Positions 9,987-18,618 of a stretch of 64,000 nt of DNA are shown here, piece by piece. A program made the translations under genes and the position numbers. The stretch comes from an uncultured Planctomycetales bacterium (GTDB lineage Bacteria; Omnitrophota; Gorgyraeia; Zapsychrales; Fredricksoniimonadaceae). Numbering within the stretch: the first letter of the stretch is position 1; each line of letters starts with the position of its first letter. The notes beneath the pieces were generated by a model that made no database searches, had not been told where the DNA came from, and saw only the letters and a list, made by a program, of their open reading frames with translations. The stretch spans positions 99,552 through 163,551 of the forward strand of contig CAZOXU010000001.1 of assembly GCA_964583975.1 (NCBI GenBank), given 5' to 3'.

Positions 9987-10793
9987 CTAATTTAGTTTAC
10001 CAACCAGACAAGAGATCTGTTTTTTAATAACAATCGGATTTTGTCGTGAGACTTGTTTTAATGTTTCTTGTTTTAAAGCTTCAACTTTTTCTTTAGAAAA
10101 ACTTTGAATACTTTCTCGCCATAACAATGTCGACCAATAATACTGGCCAAAGCTTTCAGCATCAGGAAAAGTCATGACTGAATCTATTTCTTGATAAGTC
10201 ACATTGGTCTTACCAAACAAATCCTTAAATTGAGGATAAAATTCATTACAAATTCTTTCAATTCTTTGGAAATGTTCATTATTAGGAGCTTGTCCGGTCA
10301 ATTTTTGGCTAAAATCAGTCAAATCTCTGACATTCTTTGGTCCTGGTCCTATAACAACAAAAGTTCCATTTTTGGCCAATAAACTCTTTGTTTTTTCAAG
10401 AAGTTTATTGCTGTCTTCGGTGTAATACAACGAAAAAATAGAAAATATCCAGTTAAAGGACATGCCAAAATCCGGAAAAGGTTTATCAAAATCATGGACG
10501 AAAAACTTAACCTTATCTTGAGGTAAATTCTTCTTTTGCTCCTTGGCCTCTTCAATGACAGAGGCATTCTTATCTAGCCCAATAATGGCCCCTTGCGGCT
10601 GGACAAAATCCCAAAAAAGGTTGGTAAAATTACCATTTCCGCAGCCCAAATCAAGGATCTTGCTGCCAGAAGCGATGTCAAAGTTTTGTTTAATCCAATT
10701 ATGAAGGTTGAAATCACTGAACTGCAAATGTGCAGATATTCTTGAGGATAAAGCGTCTTTTTTCTCTTCGTAACTAAATTTCTGATTAGACAT
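9987..10793 (-). CDS. Class I SAM-dependent methyltransferase
   Basis: Motif I 'ILDLGCGNGNFT'. Confidence 0.7.
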   Translation of the reverse strand: MSNQKFSYEEKKDALSSRISAHLQFSDFNLHNWIKQNFDIASGSKILDLGCGNGNFTNLFWDFVQPQGAIIGLDKNASVIEEAKEQKKNLPQDKVKFFVHDFDKPFPDFGMSFNWIFSIFSLYYTEDSNKLLEKTKSLLAKNGTFVVIGPGPKNVRDLTDFSQKLTGQAPNNEHFQRIERICNEFYPQFKDLFGKTNVTYQEIDSVMTFPDAESFGQYYWSTLLWRESIQSFSKEKVEALKQETLKQVSRQNPIVIKKQISCLVGKLN

Positions 10794-10898
10794 ATTTACT
10801 CCTTAAATGTCATTTTAAAAATTGAATGCAGGATAATATCATCCCACATCCCCACTGTCAATACAATGCCACTTCTCGTCAATCTGAGGGTTACAAAA
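10794..10898 (-). promoter_or_regulatory. 105-bp intergenic spacer, candidate internal promoter or processing region
   Basis: One of only three gaps longer than 90 bp in the locus. It is AT-rich. No consensus -35/-10 could be assigned with confidence. Confidence 0.15.
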
Positions 10899-11909
10899 TC
10901 AAAGATTACGCGTATTTCCAATAAAACGATCTGCATCACTAAAGCCTAAATGCGATGCAGGCCTTACCATTTCAGCGCAACGGTTAAAAATTTTTGCTAG
11001 TAAAGAACGCCCCCATAAGCCTGGCATACCCCACGAAGAAGCTTCTTTACGAATAAGCCCGCTTAACTGTTGAAATTGCGAAACTTCCAACCATCCTTTG
11101 GCATTGGCTTGGTCCAAAAGGTCGATGGCATAATCAGGTAAACGATAAACCATGGATATTGTTGCAGCTTTAATGATCTTAGCCGTACGCACAGCTTGGT
11201 CTTTTTGTTTTAAGGCATTTAACAGACTATCAATCTTACGAAAATACAAAGCATCACCAAAAACCAATTGTCCACTACCAATATAGCCAGTATATTTCTT
11301 TCTCTTCCACCAAGACCGACGCAAATTCATCAATTGAAAACCTTTTTCATCCATAAAAGCATCAACATCACGAAATAAAGCTTGGCCCTTATATAACGGG
11401 GCAAATTCAACCTCTAGTTCCACCCCACAAAGCAAATCTAAATTTGCTTTTGCACCTTTTAAGATATCCAATTCACTGCCTTGGGTATCAATTTTGATAA
11501 AATCAACCTCTTTAATACCGGCTGTAGCTAGGGCCTCATCCAAAGATTTGACTTTTTCTCGGCTAAATTCAATCTCTTGTATGGTTTCATACCTTTGATC
11601 ATCGGGAAAATCCTTTAATAAAGCCATATTGGGTGGATAAATAGAAGATTTACCCTGATCACGAGAGATATAAAAACGTAAATCTTGGCTAGAATGATAA
11701 AGGGCGTAGGGTAAATAAGTTATATGAGCGTCAGATTTTAATTTAATGAATTCTCGTTCATCCGGTTCAAAGGCAATCACATGGCAATGATTCAACAATT
11801 GCTTCCAATATAAAGAAATGCCGCCCATCGCTCCGACATCAATGTAATGCAGCACAATCTTCGAGTCACAAAACTCATCAAAAAAGTTCTTAAAAGTGGA
11901 TTTTCCCAT
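10899..11909 (-). CDS. FkbM-family methyltransferase
   Basis: 'IDVGAMGG' and 'FIKIDTQGSELDIL' (FkbM domain). Confidence 0.7.
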   Translation of the reverse strand: MGKSTFKNFFDEFCDSKIVLHYIDVGAMGGISLYWKQLLNHCHVIAFEPDEREFIKLKSDAHITYLPYALYHSSQDLRFYISRDQGKSSIYPPNMALLKDFPDDQRYETIQEIEFSREKVKSLDEALATAGIKEVDFIKIDTQGSELDILKGAKANLDLLCGVELEVEFAPLYKGQALFRDVDAFMDEKGFQLMNLRRSWWKRKKYTGYIGSGQLVFGDALYFRKIDSLLNALKQKDQAVRTAKIIKAATISMVYRLPDYAIDLLDQANAKGWLEVSQFQQLSGLIRKEASSWGMPGLWGRSLLAKIFNRCAEMVRPASHLGFSDADRFIGNTRNL

Positions 11910-12652
11910 TATAAAACAATCTTTCCATTGGTCACCGTTAGATTGATAGAGTATGGAATATCAGTTTTCTCTAACGTAAAAGATCCCCCGGCAGCTATTA
12001 ATATGGGTAATGCACCTGCAATATCCCACAACATAATACCTTTTTCACAATACACTTCTGCTCTAGCACAGCTAACATAACTTAAAGATAAAGCCGCAGA
12101 GCCGAGCCAGCGTAATTTTTGATAGGCTTGAACATCTTTCTTAAATTGTTCGAAGAACGCGGTTGAATAGTTGGTATTCAATGCAAAACCTGTGAGCAAC
12201 ATCGCTCTATCTTTATGGGTAACATCACTAACCTTAATGGGAGCGTCATTAAGCCATGCGCCTTTGCCTACTAGGCCTGAGAATAATTCTTCGTTTCTAG
12301 GTGAATACACAGCTCCTAAAACCGGTTGATCTTCCTCCCATAAACCAATAGAAACACCATACATCGGAATTCCACGATAATAATTAATAGTGCCATCCAA
12401 AGGATCAACAATCCAACGAAGACCATCGGATTTACCTGAGATCAAACCTTCCTCTTCAGATAAAATAGGATAATTAGTCTGTTTTAATTTTTCTAAAATG
12501 AATGATTCAGACATTTTGTCGGCTTTTAATTTAAGATCATGATGCTGCCACTGGTCAATTTTCTTAAAATCTTTTGGAGCATTAGCTAAAAGAGTCCCTG
12601 CTTCTCGTACTGTATTTTTAACTAGTTCTAAAAGGCTTTGCAAATCTGCCAT
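11909..12652 (-). CDS. Inositol-monophosphatase family phosphatase, candidate 3'(2'),5'-bisphosphate nucleotidase (CysQ-like)
   Basis: IMPase motifs 'LSEEEG', 'WIVDPLDGTINY' and 'WDIAGALPILIAAGG'. Its context with ATP sulfurylase, APS kinase and a sulfotransferase suggests removal of the sulfotransferase by-product PAP. Confidence 0.75.
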   Translation of the reverse strand: MADLQSLLELVKNTVREAGTLLANAPKDFKKIDQWQHHDLKLKADKMSESFILEKLKQTNYPILSEEEGLISGKSDGLRWIVDPLDGTINYYRGIPMYGVSIGLWEEDQPVLGAVYSPRNEELFSGLVGKGAWLNDAPIKVSDVTHKDRAMLLTGFALNTNYSTAFFEQFKKDVQAYQKLRWLGSAALSLSYVSCARAEVYCEKGIMLWDIAGALPILIAAGGSFTLEKTDIPYSINLTVTNGKIVL

Positions 12653-13572
12653 TACCGTAATCCTAACTCTTGGAAACCCTGCAATAAGTTCTCAGCTGCT
12701 TCCAATTCCATTCGTTGACGACATTCATGGGTTAATGAGCCCACATGGGGTGTTAATAACACTTGAGGGCATGATAACAAAGGTCCCGAATATGGCTCAT
12801 CGACAAATGTATCAATCCATGCCCCGGCAATTTTATTTTGATTTAATGCCTGTAACAGGGCCTGCTCGTTAACCACTCCGCCCCGAGCCACATTTAGAAT
12901 AATAGCGCTGGGCTTAATTAAAGAAAATTCGTTGGCGCCTATGATTTCCTGTTGCCCACTTGCATGAATGGAAATAATATCAGCTAAAGGCAAGGCTTCT
13001 TTGATAGACACATATTTATAATCTGGATGGGAATTCTTAACATGTGGATCAACAACAAGGATTTTAGCTTTAAATGCTTTAAGAATCTCAGCAACTCTTA
13101 AGCCTATTCTGCCACAACCGATAATAACTACAGTTTTACCTTCTAATTGGTTTCCTAAAATCTTATTCCAAGCTCCTTTATGTAGCTGATCATTCATTTG
13201 AGGAATTTTCCTTAATAAAGACAACATGGCACCAATGGTCAATTCGGCGACAGCATTGGTTGGAGCATCAGGGGTAGAGAAAAATTTAATCCCCTGGGCT
13301 TGAGCTGCCTGAACATCCACATTAGAAATACCAGCCCCACAACGGGAAATGACTTTTAAGCGGGATTTTTCTAAAACTTCTTTGTCTAATATTTCCAATC
13401 CAGCAATCAAACCATCAAAATCTGGGAGTAAATTCAGCGATTCTTGGCGGGTAAGTTTTCTTTTGAAAGGATTTAAAATAACTTCAAACCCTGCTGCTTC
13501 TAAAGTCTTGATGGGCGTAGGATCACTTTCACCAAATGTGGAGGTAGAGATTAAAACTTTCCCTTTAGGCAT
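12652..13572 (-). CDS. D-isomer-specific 2-hydroxyacid dehydrogenase (PGDH/GyaR-like)
   Basis: 'VVIIGCGRIGLRVAEIL', 'ILNVARGGVVNEQAL' and 'HVGS'. Start set at the internal ATG 13570-13572; the track ORF extends to 13644. Confidence 0.8.
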   Translation of the reverse strand: MPKGKVLISTSTFGESDPTPIKTLEAAGFEVILNPFKRKLTRQESLNLLPDFDGLIAGLEILDKEVLEKSRLKVISRCGAGISNVDVQAAQAQGIKFFSTPDAPTNAVAELTIGAMLSLLRKIPQMNDQLHKGAWNKILGNQLEGKTVVIIGCGRIGLRVAEILKAFKAKILVVDPHVKNSHPDYKYVSIKEALPLADIISIHASGQQEIIGANEFSLIKPSAIILNVARGGVVNEQALLQALNQNKIAGAWIDTFVDEPYSGPLLSCPQVLLTPHVGSLTHECRQRMELEAAENLLQGFQELGLR

Positions 13573-13579
13573 ATATTGA

Positions 13580-15145
13580 TTATTTGTTCGAACCAGCGGC
13601 AGAAATACCTTCTGATTTTTGCGCGGGGGCAGAATCAGGAGCACCGGGTTGAATCATATATTCCGTCAGAAAGATTTCTCTCAATTCATTGAAAATACGG
13701 TCGCCTTCCTCATCGAAGATTTCAGCTCTTTTAATCTTAGGCCAATAGGATTTGGGCATTTTACAATACAAAACAAATGTCCTTCGCATTCCTTGAATTT
13801 CCTTTTTAGAAAGCTGAGGCATATCCAATGGAGCATCCACATTGATCGAACCAAAAACCGTATCTTCTTTAATGTATCCTCTTTTGACACATTCCTTCTG
13901 CAACGGAGTGCCGTGAAAAGGAGCAAAAACCGAACAGTTGGTTGAATCGCTCACTAAAAGTCGATTTAATTCAATGGTATCAAAGATTAGCTCTCTTGTT
14001 TCGTCTGGAAATCCAATCATATTATTAACCGTTAAAGGAACCTGATATTTCTCCAATACCTTCGAAGCATCGACGAATTTCTGATTATCAAATGTCTTCT
14101 TAAGGATTTTCCTTCTAAAATCGATATTTCCATGTTCTAAACCTAAAGAGGCTCTGTGCACGCCAGCTTCTTTCAGTCTTTTCATTCTATGATCAGTGAT
14201 CAATTCTGCACGTATTTGCATCCAGAAAGGAATTTTAAATTCACTGTACATATCGACAAATTCGTCAAACTCCTGGTCTGAACCGACTAACAAGTTATCG
14301 GAGGTGAAATAAACATACTCAGCACCCCATTGTTTGATCAAGGTCCTAAGCTCTTTGCGTAAAACATCATTACTTTTCTTTCTAAAAAATTGAAAAGTAT
14401 CATCTTTATACATTTTTAATGACGAAGGCGAATTACAAAAGGTACATAGGTATGGGCACCCACGGGTGGTTTCTACAGGAATGGTCCTATAGACCTTACC
14501 AGCCATAGGTCGATAAAAACGTTCGATAGGAAAAAGGCTAAAATCTGGAATAGGTAAGGTATTGATATCAACCGGTGGTCTTAATTTATTCTTTCTAACC
14601 TTGCCGCCGTTTTCTCCTCTAAAACACAGATTGTCGATATCATCCAAACTTTCACCCTTGGCCAAGCGCTTACAGGAATCTATTAAAGCCCCTTCTCCTT
14701 CACCTGAACAAATGAAGCTTATATTCTTGTTTCTAAATACGATTTCTGGAGCAAATGTAGGAAACACGCCGCCTGCAATGATAGGAACCTTGATTCCATC
14801 AAGAGCTCTAAGCATATCCAAAGAATTCGCATAGGTGCATTCTAAGATGGAGATAATAATGATATCTGGATTAAATGATCTAACCTTTTCTAGCAGATCA
14901 TCTTCCATTCGTGTTGTTTTGACTTTAATACCTCGTTCAGCCCAATCAAAGGGACGAACTTGTAAATTTTGCTTTTTGGCATCATCTGAACTTAAGGTCA
15001 TTGGATCAGCATAAAGTGTGGAATCAAAAAGATCGACTTCAAATTCATTTTGACGCAATAAAGCTGTAAAAAGTCCAATGCTAATAGGGGGTGGATTCAA
15101 TAAAGTTCCATTGGGGTAAAGAAGCAGTACTTTCGTTTTCTTCAT
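13580..15145 (-). CDS. B12-binding radical SAM enzyme (class B; likely a methyltransferase or other radical modification enzyme)
   Basis: N-terminal cobalamin-binding-like domain ('KVLLLYPNG...IIIISI'). Radical SAM 'TTRGCPYLCTFCNS' (CxxxCxxC). Start set at the ATG 15143-15145. Confidence 0.8.
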   Translation of the reverse strand: MKKTKVLLLYPNGTLLNPPPISIGLFTALLRQNEFEVDLFDSTLYADPMTLSSDDAKKQNLQVRPFDWAERGIKVKTTRMEDDLLEKVRSFNPDIIIISILECTYANSLDMLRALDGIKVPIIAGGVFPTFAPEIVFRNKNISFICSGEGEGALIDSCKRLAKGESLDDIDNLCFRGENGGKVRKNKLRPPVDINTLPIPDFSLFPIERFYRPMAGKVYRTIPVETTRGCPYLCTFCNSPSSLKMYKDDTFQFFRKKSNDVLRKELRTLIKQWGAEYVYFTSDNLLVGSDQEFDEFVDMYSEFKIPFWMQIRAELITDHRMKRLKEAGVHRASLGLEHGNIDFRRKILKKTFDNQKFVDASKVLEKYQVPLTVNNMIGFPDETRELIFDTIELNRLLVSDSTNCSVFAPFHGTPLQKECVKRGYIKEDTVFGSINVDAPLDMPQLSKKEIQGMRRTFVLYCKMPKSYWPKIKRAEIFDEEGDRIFNELREIFLTEYMIQPGAPDSAPAQKSEGISAAGSNK

Positions 15146-15219
15146 ATGGTCTCCTAGGATTTTGAATGGCAATATTATGAATTTAATTCTTTGAATAAAC
15201 AAGCCAAATTTTTGCCATA

Positions 15220-16014
15220 TTAGCCTTTATATTGGGCAAATAGCCTGTCGTTTTGCATCATTGCAACTGCATTTTTTAAGTCATCAATCGTATCTACACC
15301 TATGGTAGGCTGATCACAGCATACCGTACGCACCTTTACCCCCATCTCTAAAATACGCAACATATCGACCGATTCAGTCTTCTCTAAGCTAGTTCTTGGC
15401 CAGGCTGTAAATTGCAAAAGCGATTCTTTGCGATAAGCGTTAATTCCATACTGTTTATAGACCGGCATAGGGGCATTTTTATCGGATTTTTTGGCTGAAG
15501 GAATAGGTTCCCGCGAATAATAAAGGGCATTGTTAAATTTATCAACGACAACTTTGACAACATTAGGACTGGTGAAATCCGCCATATTGGTAATAGGCCC
15601 AATCATGTCTGTATACTGAACATTGCGATCATTTAATAATGGCTGTATCAATTGGTCTAAAGATTCTGGTTGGACAAATGGCATATCTCCTTGAACATTA
15701 ATGATGATATCAGCCTTTAATTTCTGTGCTGCTTCGGTCACTCGGTCTACACAACTTTCATGGGTTGCAGATGTCATAACCGCCTTACCCCCAAAACGTT
15801 GCACCTCATCAACAATTTCCTTATCACAGGTAGCTACCACCACATCATCCATTAAGGTTGATCGCATCACACGGCGTCTGACGTGTTCAATCATAGATAA
15901 ACCCATAATTTGGGCCAAAGGTTTGCCTGGAAAACGGCTGGACGCCATGCGGGCAGGTATGATAGCAACAACAGACATTAGGATTTCCATTTTTTGAGAT
16001 AAGCTTTTTTCCAT
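15220..16014 (-). CDS. CMP-ulosonic acid synthetase family cytidylyltransferase (KdsB/NeuA-like)
   Basis: 'AIIPARMASSRFPGKPLAQIMGLSMIEHV' matches the KdsB N-terminal signature (IPAR..S.R.PGKPL). Confidence 0.75.
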   Translation of the reverse strand: MEKSLSQKMEILMSVVAIIPARMASSRFPGKPLAQIMGLSMIEHVRRRVMRSTLMDDVVVATCDKEIVDEVQRFGGKAVMTSATHESCVDRVTEAAQKLKADIIINVQGDMPFVQPESLDQLIQPLLNDRNVQYTDMIGPITNMADFTSPNVVKVVVDKFNNALYYSREPIPSAKKSDKNAPMPVYKQYGINAYRKESLLQFTAWPRTSLEKTESVDMLRILEMGVKVRTVCCDQPTIGVDTIDDLKNAVAMMQNDRLFAQYKG

Positions 16015-17012
16015 TGCCTATCAGCCCCGTAAATATCATAAACCAGCTTCATGGTTTCATAAGCATCGTTTACATGGCCAGAAACAATAGGTTTATTTTT
16101 GGCAATAGCATCAGCAAAATCATCAATTTCATCTCGCCAAGAGTTATCGGTCAGATATTTAATGACCTCCTCGGCATCTGATCCTGTAGTTCCCTCATTC
16201 TTGCGACCAATAATTAGCTTCTCTTCCCCGTAACTTTTGGTGCTAGAGAGAATTCCTTGCAACTTCAAGTAGCCTTTGGTTAAAGCTATATCCAATGAAA
16301 AGCAATGTTGCCACTGGGTAGCACTCGAATGAAGAATAGCTATTCTTCCGCGATTATCTTTCATCAAGGCGTAAGCATTATCTTCTACATCATGTTTCCA
16401 AAATTGATTGGAAACAAAACTTTTAACTTCCGTGAATTCGCCAGAAAACAATCGCATTAAATCAACCATATGAATACCTTGATCTAGCAAAATCCCCCCA
16501 CCCGCATATTTTCTTTCAGAGCGCCAATTTCCATCAAAAGGAGTAATACTGCTTTTGCCGTATACACCACGCAAATTAATAATCGTCCCTAAATCGCCGG
16601 ATTGAATGATCTTTAAAGCAGCGCGCACCGAGTCATGGTAACGATGATTAAAACCATATTTTAACTTCAATTTGGGCAATGTCTTTTTGACCTTCACAAC
16701 ATCTTCAATATCTTTAACTGTTTTTCCAGGTGGTTTCTCACAAAACACATGCATCCCTGCTTTTAAACCGGCAATGGTCACTTCAGGAGCCAGATAGTTA
16801 GGAAGGCTGACAAAAATCACATCTAACTTTTCTTTTAACAATTGTTTATAATTCGGGAAATATTTCACACCATCCGAGAACTCCCCCGAGCTTGTAAATT
16901 TCTGATCACATACGGCAACTGTCACCATATCAGGACGCATATCAATATATTGCCGACGGCGTTTTCCAACCAGCCCATAACCTGCAATACCGACCTTAAG
17001 TTTGTTAGCCAT
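15978..17012 (-). CDS. Gfo/Idh/MocA family sugar oxidoreductase
   Basis: N-terminal Rossmann 'KVGIAGYGLVGKRR', 'EKP' motif, and C-terminal alpha/beta domain. Confidence 0.75.
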   Translation of the reverse strand: MANKLKVGIAGYGLVGKRRRQYIDMRPDMVTVAVCDQKFTSSGEFSDGVKYFPNYKQLLKEKLDVIFVSLPNYLAPEVTIAGLKAGMHVFCEKPPGKTVKDIEDVVKVKKTLPKLKLKYGFNHRYHDSVRAALKIIQSGDLGTIINLRGVYGKSSITPFDGNWRSERKYAGGGILLDQGIHMVDLMRLFSGEFTEVKSFVSNQFWKHDVEDNAYALMKDNRGRIAILHSSATQWQHCFSLDIALTKGYLKLQGILSSTKSYGEEKLIIGRKNEGTTGSDAEEVIKYLTDNSWRDEIDDFADAIAKNKPIVSGHVNDAYETMKLVYDIYGADRQWKKAYLKKWKS

Positions 17013-17860
17013 TATTTACCCCTCGCCCAAATTTGATTCCTAGTTTGATCGTTTTGACTCCACGTTAATTTAAAACCATAGGATTTTAACAAATCTGCAC
17101 ACAATTGGCTGTTCTTAGGATCTGGCGGCATTTCTAAAACCAGACTTCTTAACCTAGGGTCCTGTAATATCTTTTTAGCACCTGTTAAAACCTTCATTTC
17201 ATTACCATCGGTATCGATCTTTAAAGCATTGGGGACTACATTCAATTGTTCACAGGCCCTATCTAAAGTAATAACGCTGATTCCTTCTCGAAAAACAACT
17301 GAAAATCCTTCTTCGGTCTTAGTAATTTTTGTCTTACTTTCGGTATGAGCTGCAGCTCCCACAGCAGTATCTTGCATGTTTAGAAAACTTAAACCTTCAA
17401 AATCTCCAACAGCCACACTATTGATGGTCACCTTATTAGCCAAGCCGTTTAAAAACACATTATCTTTAAGGTGATTCAAATTCGAATACTCTGGCTCAAA
17501 ACTATATACAGAAACATTGGAATGTTTCTTTGCACAATAGACTGAGAAAATTCCAACGTTAGCACCAATATCAAAGAAAACATCGCCTTCTTTAACGAAT
17601 TCATCGATGTAATAACATATTTCTGACTCTTTTTTACCAAATAAATACCAACGAAAATGGGTGATCCAATTCACGCAAGAAAGTGTAAAACTAACGTTAT
17701 TAGCCCTCACTGTTCTTCGTGGTACTAAACATTTTGCTAAAAACCAGCCTAAGGCAATATGAGGATAGCGCCAATCACCATAGGAATGGATTAAAAATTG
17801 TCCAAGGGGTGTTCTTTTTAAATACTGCTTAAATTGGAGGGATGAATTATTTGAGCTCAT
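17012..17860 (-). CDS. FkbM-family methyltransferase
   Basis: 'FFDIGANVGIFSV' and 'LKIDTDGNEMKVLTGAKK'. Confidence 0.7.
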   Translation of the reverse strand: MSSNNSSLQFKQYLKRTPLGQFLIHSYGDWRYPHIALGWFLAKCLVPRRTVRANNVSFTLSCVNWITHFRWYLFGKKESEICYYIDEFVKEGDVFFDIGANVGIFSVYCAKKHSNVSVYSFEPEYSNLNHLKDNVFLNGLANKVTINSVAVGDFEGLSFLNMQDTAVGAAAHTESKTKITKTEEGFSVVFREGISVITLDRACEQLNVVPNALKIDTDGNEMKVLTGAKKILQDPRLRSLVLEMPPDPKNSQLCADLLKSYGFKLTWSQNDQTRNQIWARGK

Positions 17861-18618
17861 TTCTTAATTAACTTTAATCCCTCTCTACATTGATCTCCTA
17901 ATAAAAGAAAATCAACACTGTAAGCGATAAACCTAAAGCCTTTTTTAATTTTATCTTTAACCATACGAGTGTCTGTTGGGACACAATGAATACCTGCAGT
18001 TACACCCTTTTCCTTGGCTTTCAACATAATCCTCTTTAAAGCTGCGATTAATTTGGGGTTTTCAAACTCGCCGGCAATTCCCATCGATCCAGAAAGATCA
18101 TAAAGTCCAACTAGAAAGCCATCAATTCCTTGCACAGCAAAAATTTTATCGAGATTTTCCACAGCTTCGATATGTTCGATTTGAACAATAACGACGCTTT
18201 CGTTCTTGACCCATCGTTTATATTCATTAAATGTAGTGCCATACCCTTGAGCTCGTGAAAGGCCGATGCCTCTAGTTCCTTCTGGCGGATATTTAACAGC
18301 GTTAACAGCTTTTTGAGCTTCCTGAGCCGTGTTCACCATGGGAACGATGACCCCCGTGGCCCCCGCATCCATCACTCTTTTAATTAAGGTAGGATTATTA
18401 TCCCCGACTCGTACCAAAGCTGGGATACCACATAAATCAATGGTTTGAATAAGTTTCATGGCATGCTGGACGGTTAAAGCAGAGTGTTCCATATCCACCG
18501 CCAACCAATCAAAACCTGCTTTAGCCATAATTTCAGCAATGCAAGTATCGGTCATGGTAATCCATGATCCAATGGTCAGTTGATTTTTCTTAAGTTTTTG
18601 TTTGAGTGAAGCTTTCAT
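17857..18618 (-). CDS. HpcH/HpaI-family class II (pyruvate-dependent) aldolase
   Basis: 'LTIGSWITMTDTCIAEIMAKAGFDWLAVDMEHSA' is a typical HpaI/RhmA-type TIM-barrel start. It contains 'VRV' and 'IEHIEAVEN'. Confidence 0.75.
   Translation of the reverse strand: MKASLKQKLKKNQLTIGSWITMTDTCIAEIMAKAGFDWLAVDMEHSALTVQHAMKLIQTIDLCGIPALVRVGDNNPTLIKRVMDAGATGVIVPMVNTAQEAQKAVNAVKYPPEGTRGIGLSRAQGYGTTFNEYKRWVKNESVVIVQIEHIEAVENLDKIFAVQGIDGFLVGLYDLSGSMGIAGEFENPKLIAALKRIMLKAKEKGVTAGIHCVPTDTRMVKDKIKKGFRFIAYSVDFLLLGDQCREGLKLIKK

Noticed and set aside
9387-9990. Plus-strand ORFs of 110-132 aa (9387..9719, 9592..9990). Similar ones occur at 31758..32159, 34598..34999, 42163..42453, 45351..45611, 57538..57879 and 58482..58775.
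   Set aside because: All lie antisense inside strongly supported minus-strand genes. They have low-complexity or odd composition and no motifs. I interpret them as shadow ORFs typical of AT-rich DNA.
17857-18618. Possibility that the TIM-barrel enzyme is a PEP mutase, which would make this a phosphonate cluster.
   Set aside because: The sequence matches the HpcH/HpaI aldolase pattern ('GSW...GFDW..VD.EHS'), not the isocitrate-lyase/PEP-mutase signature. No phosphonopyruvate decarboxylase or AEP transaminase is present.
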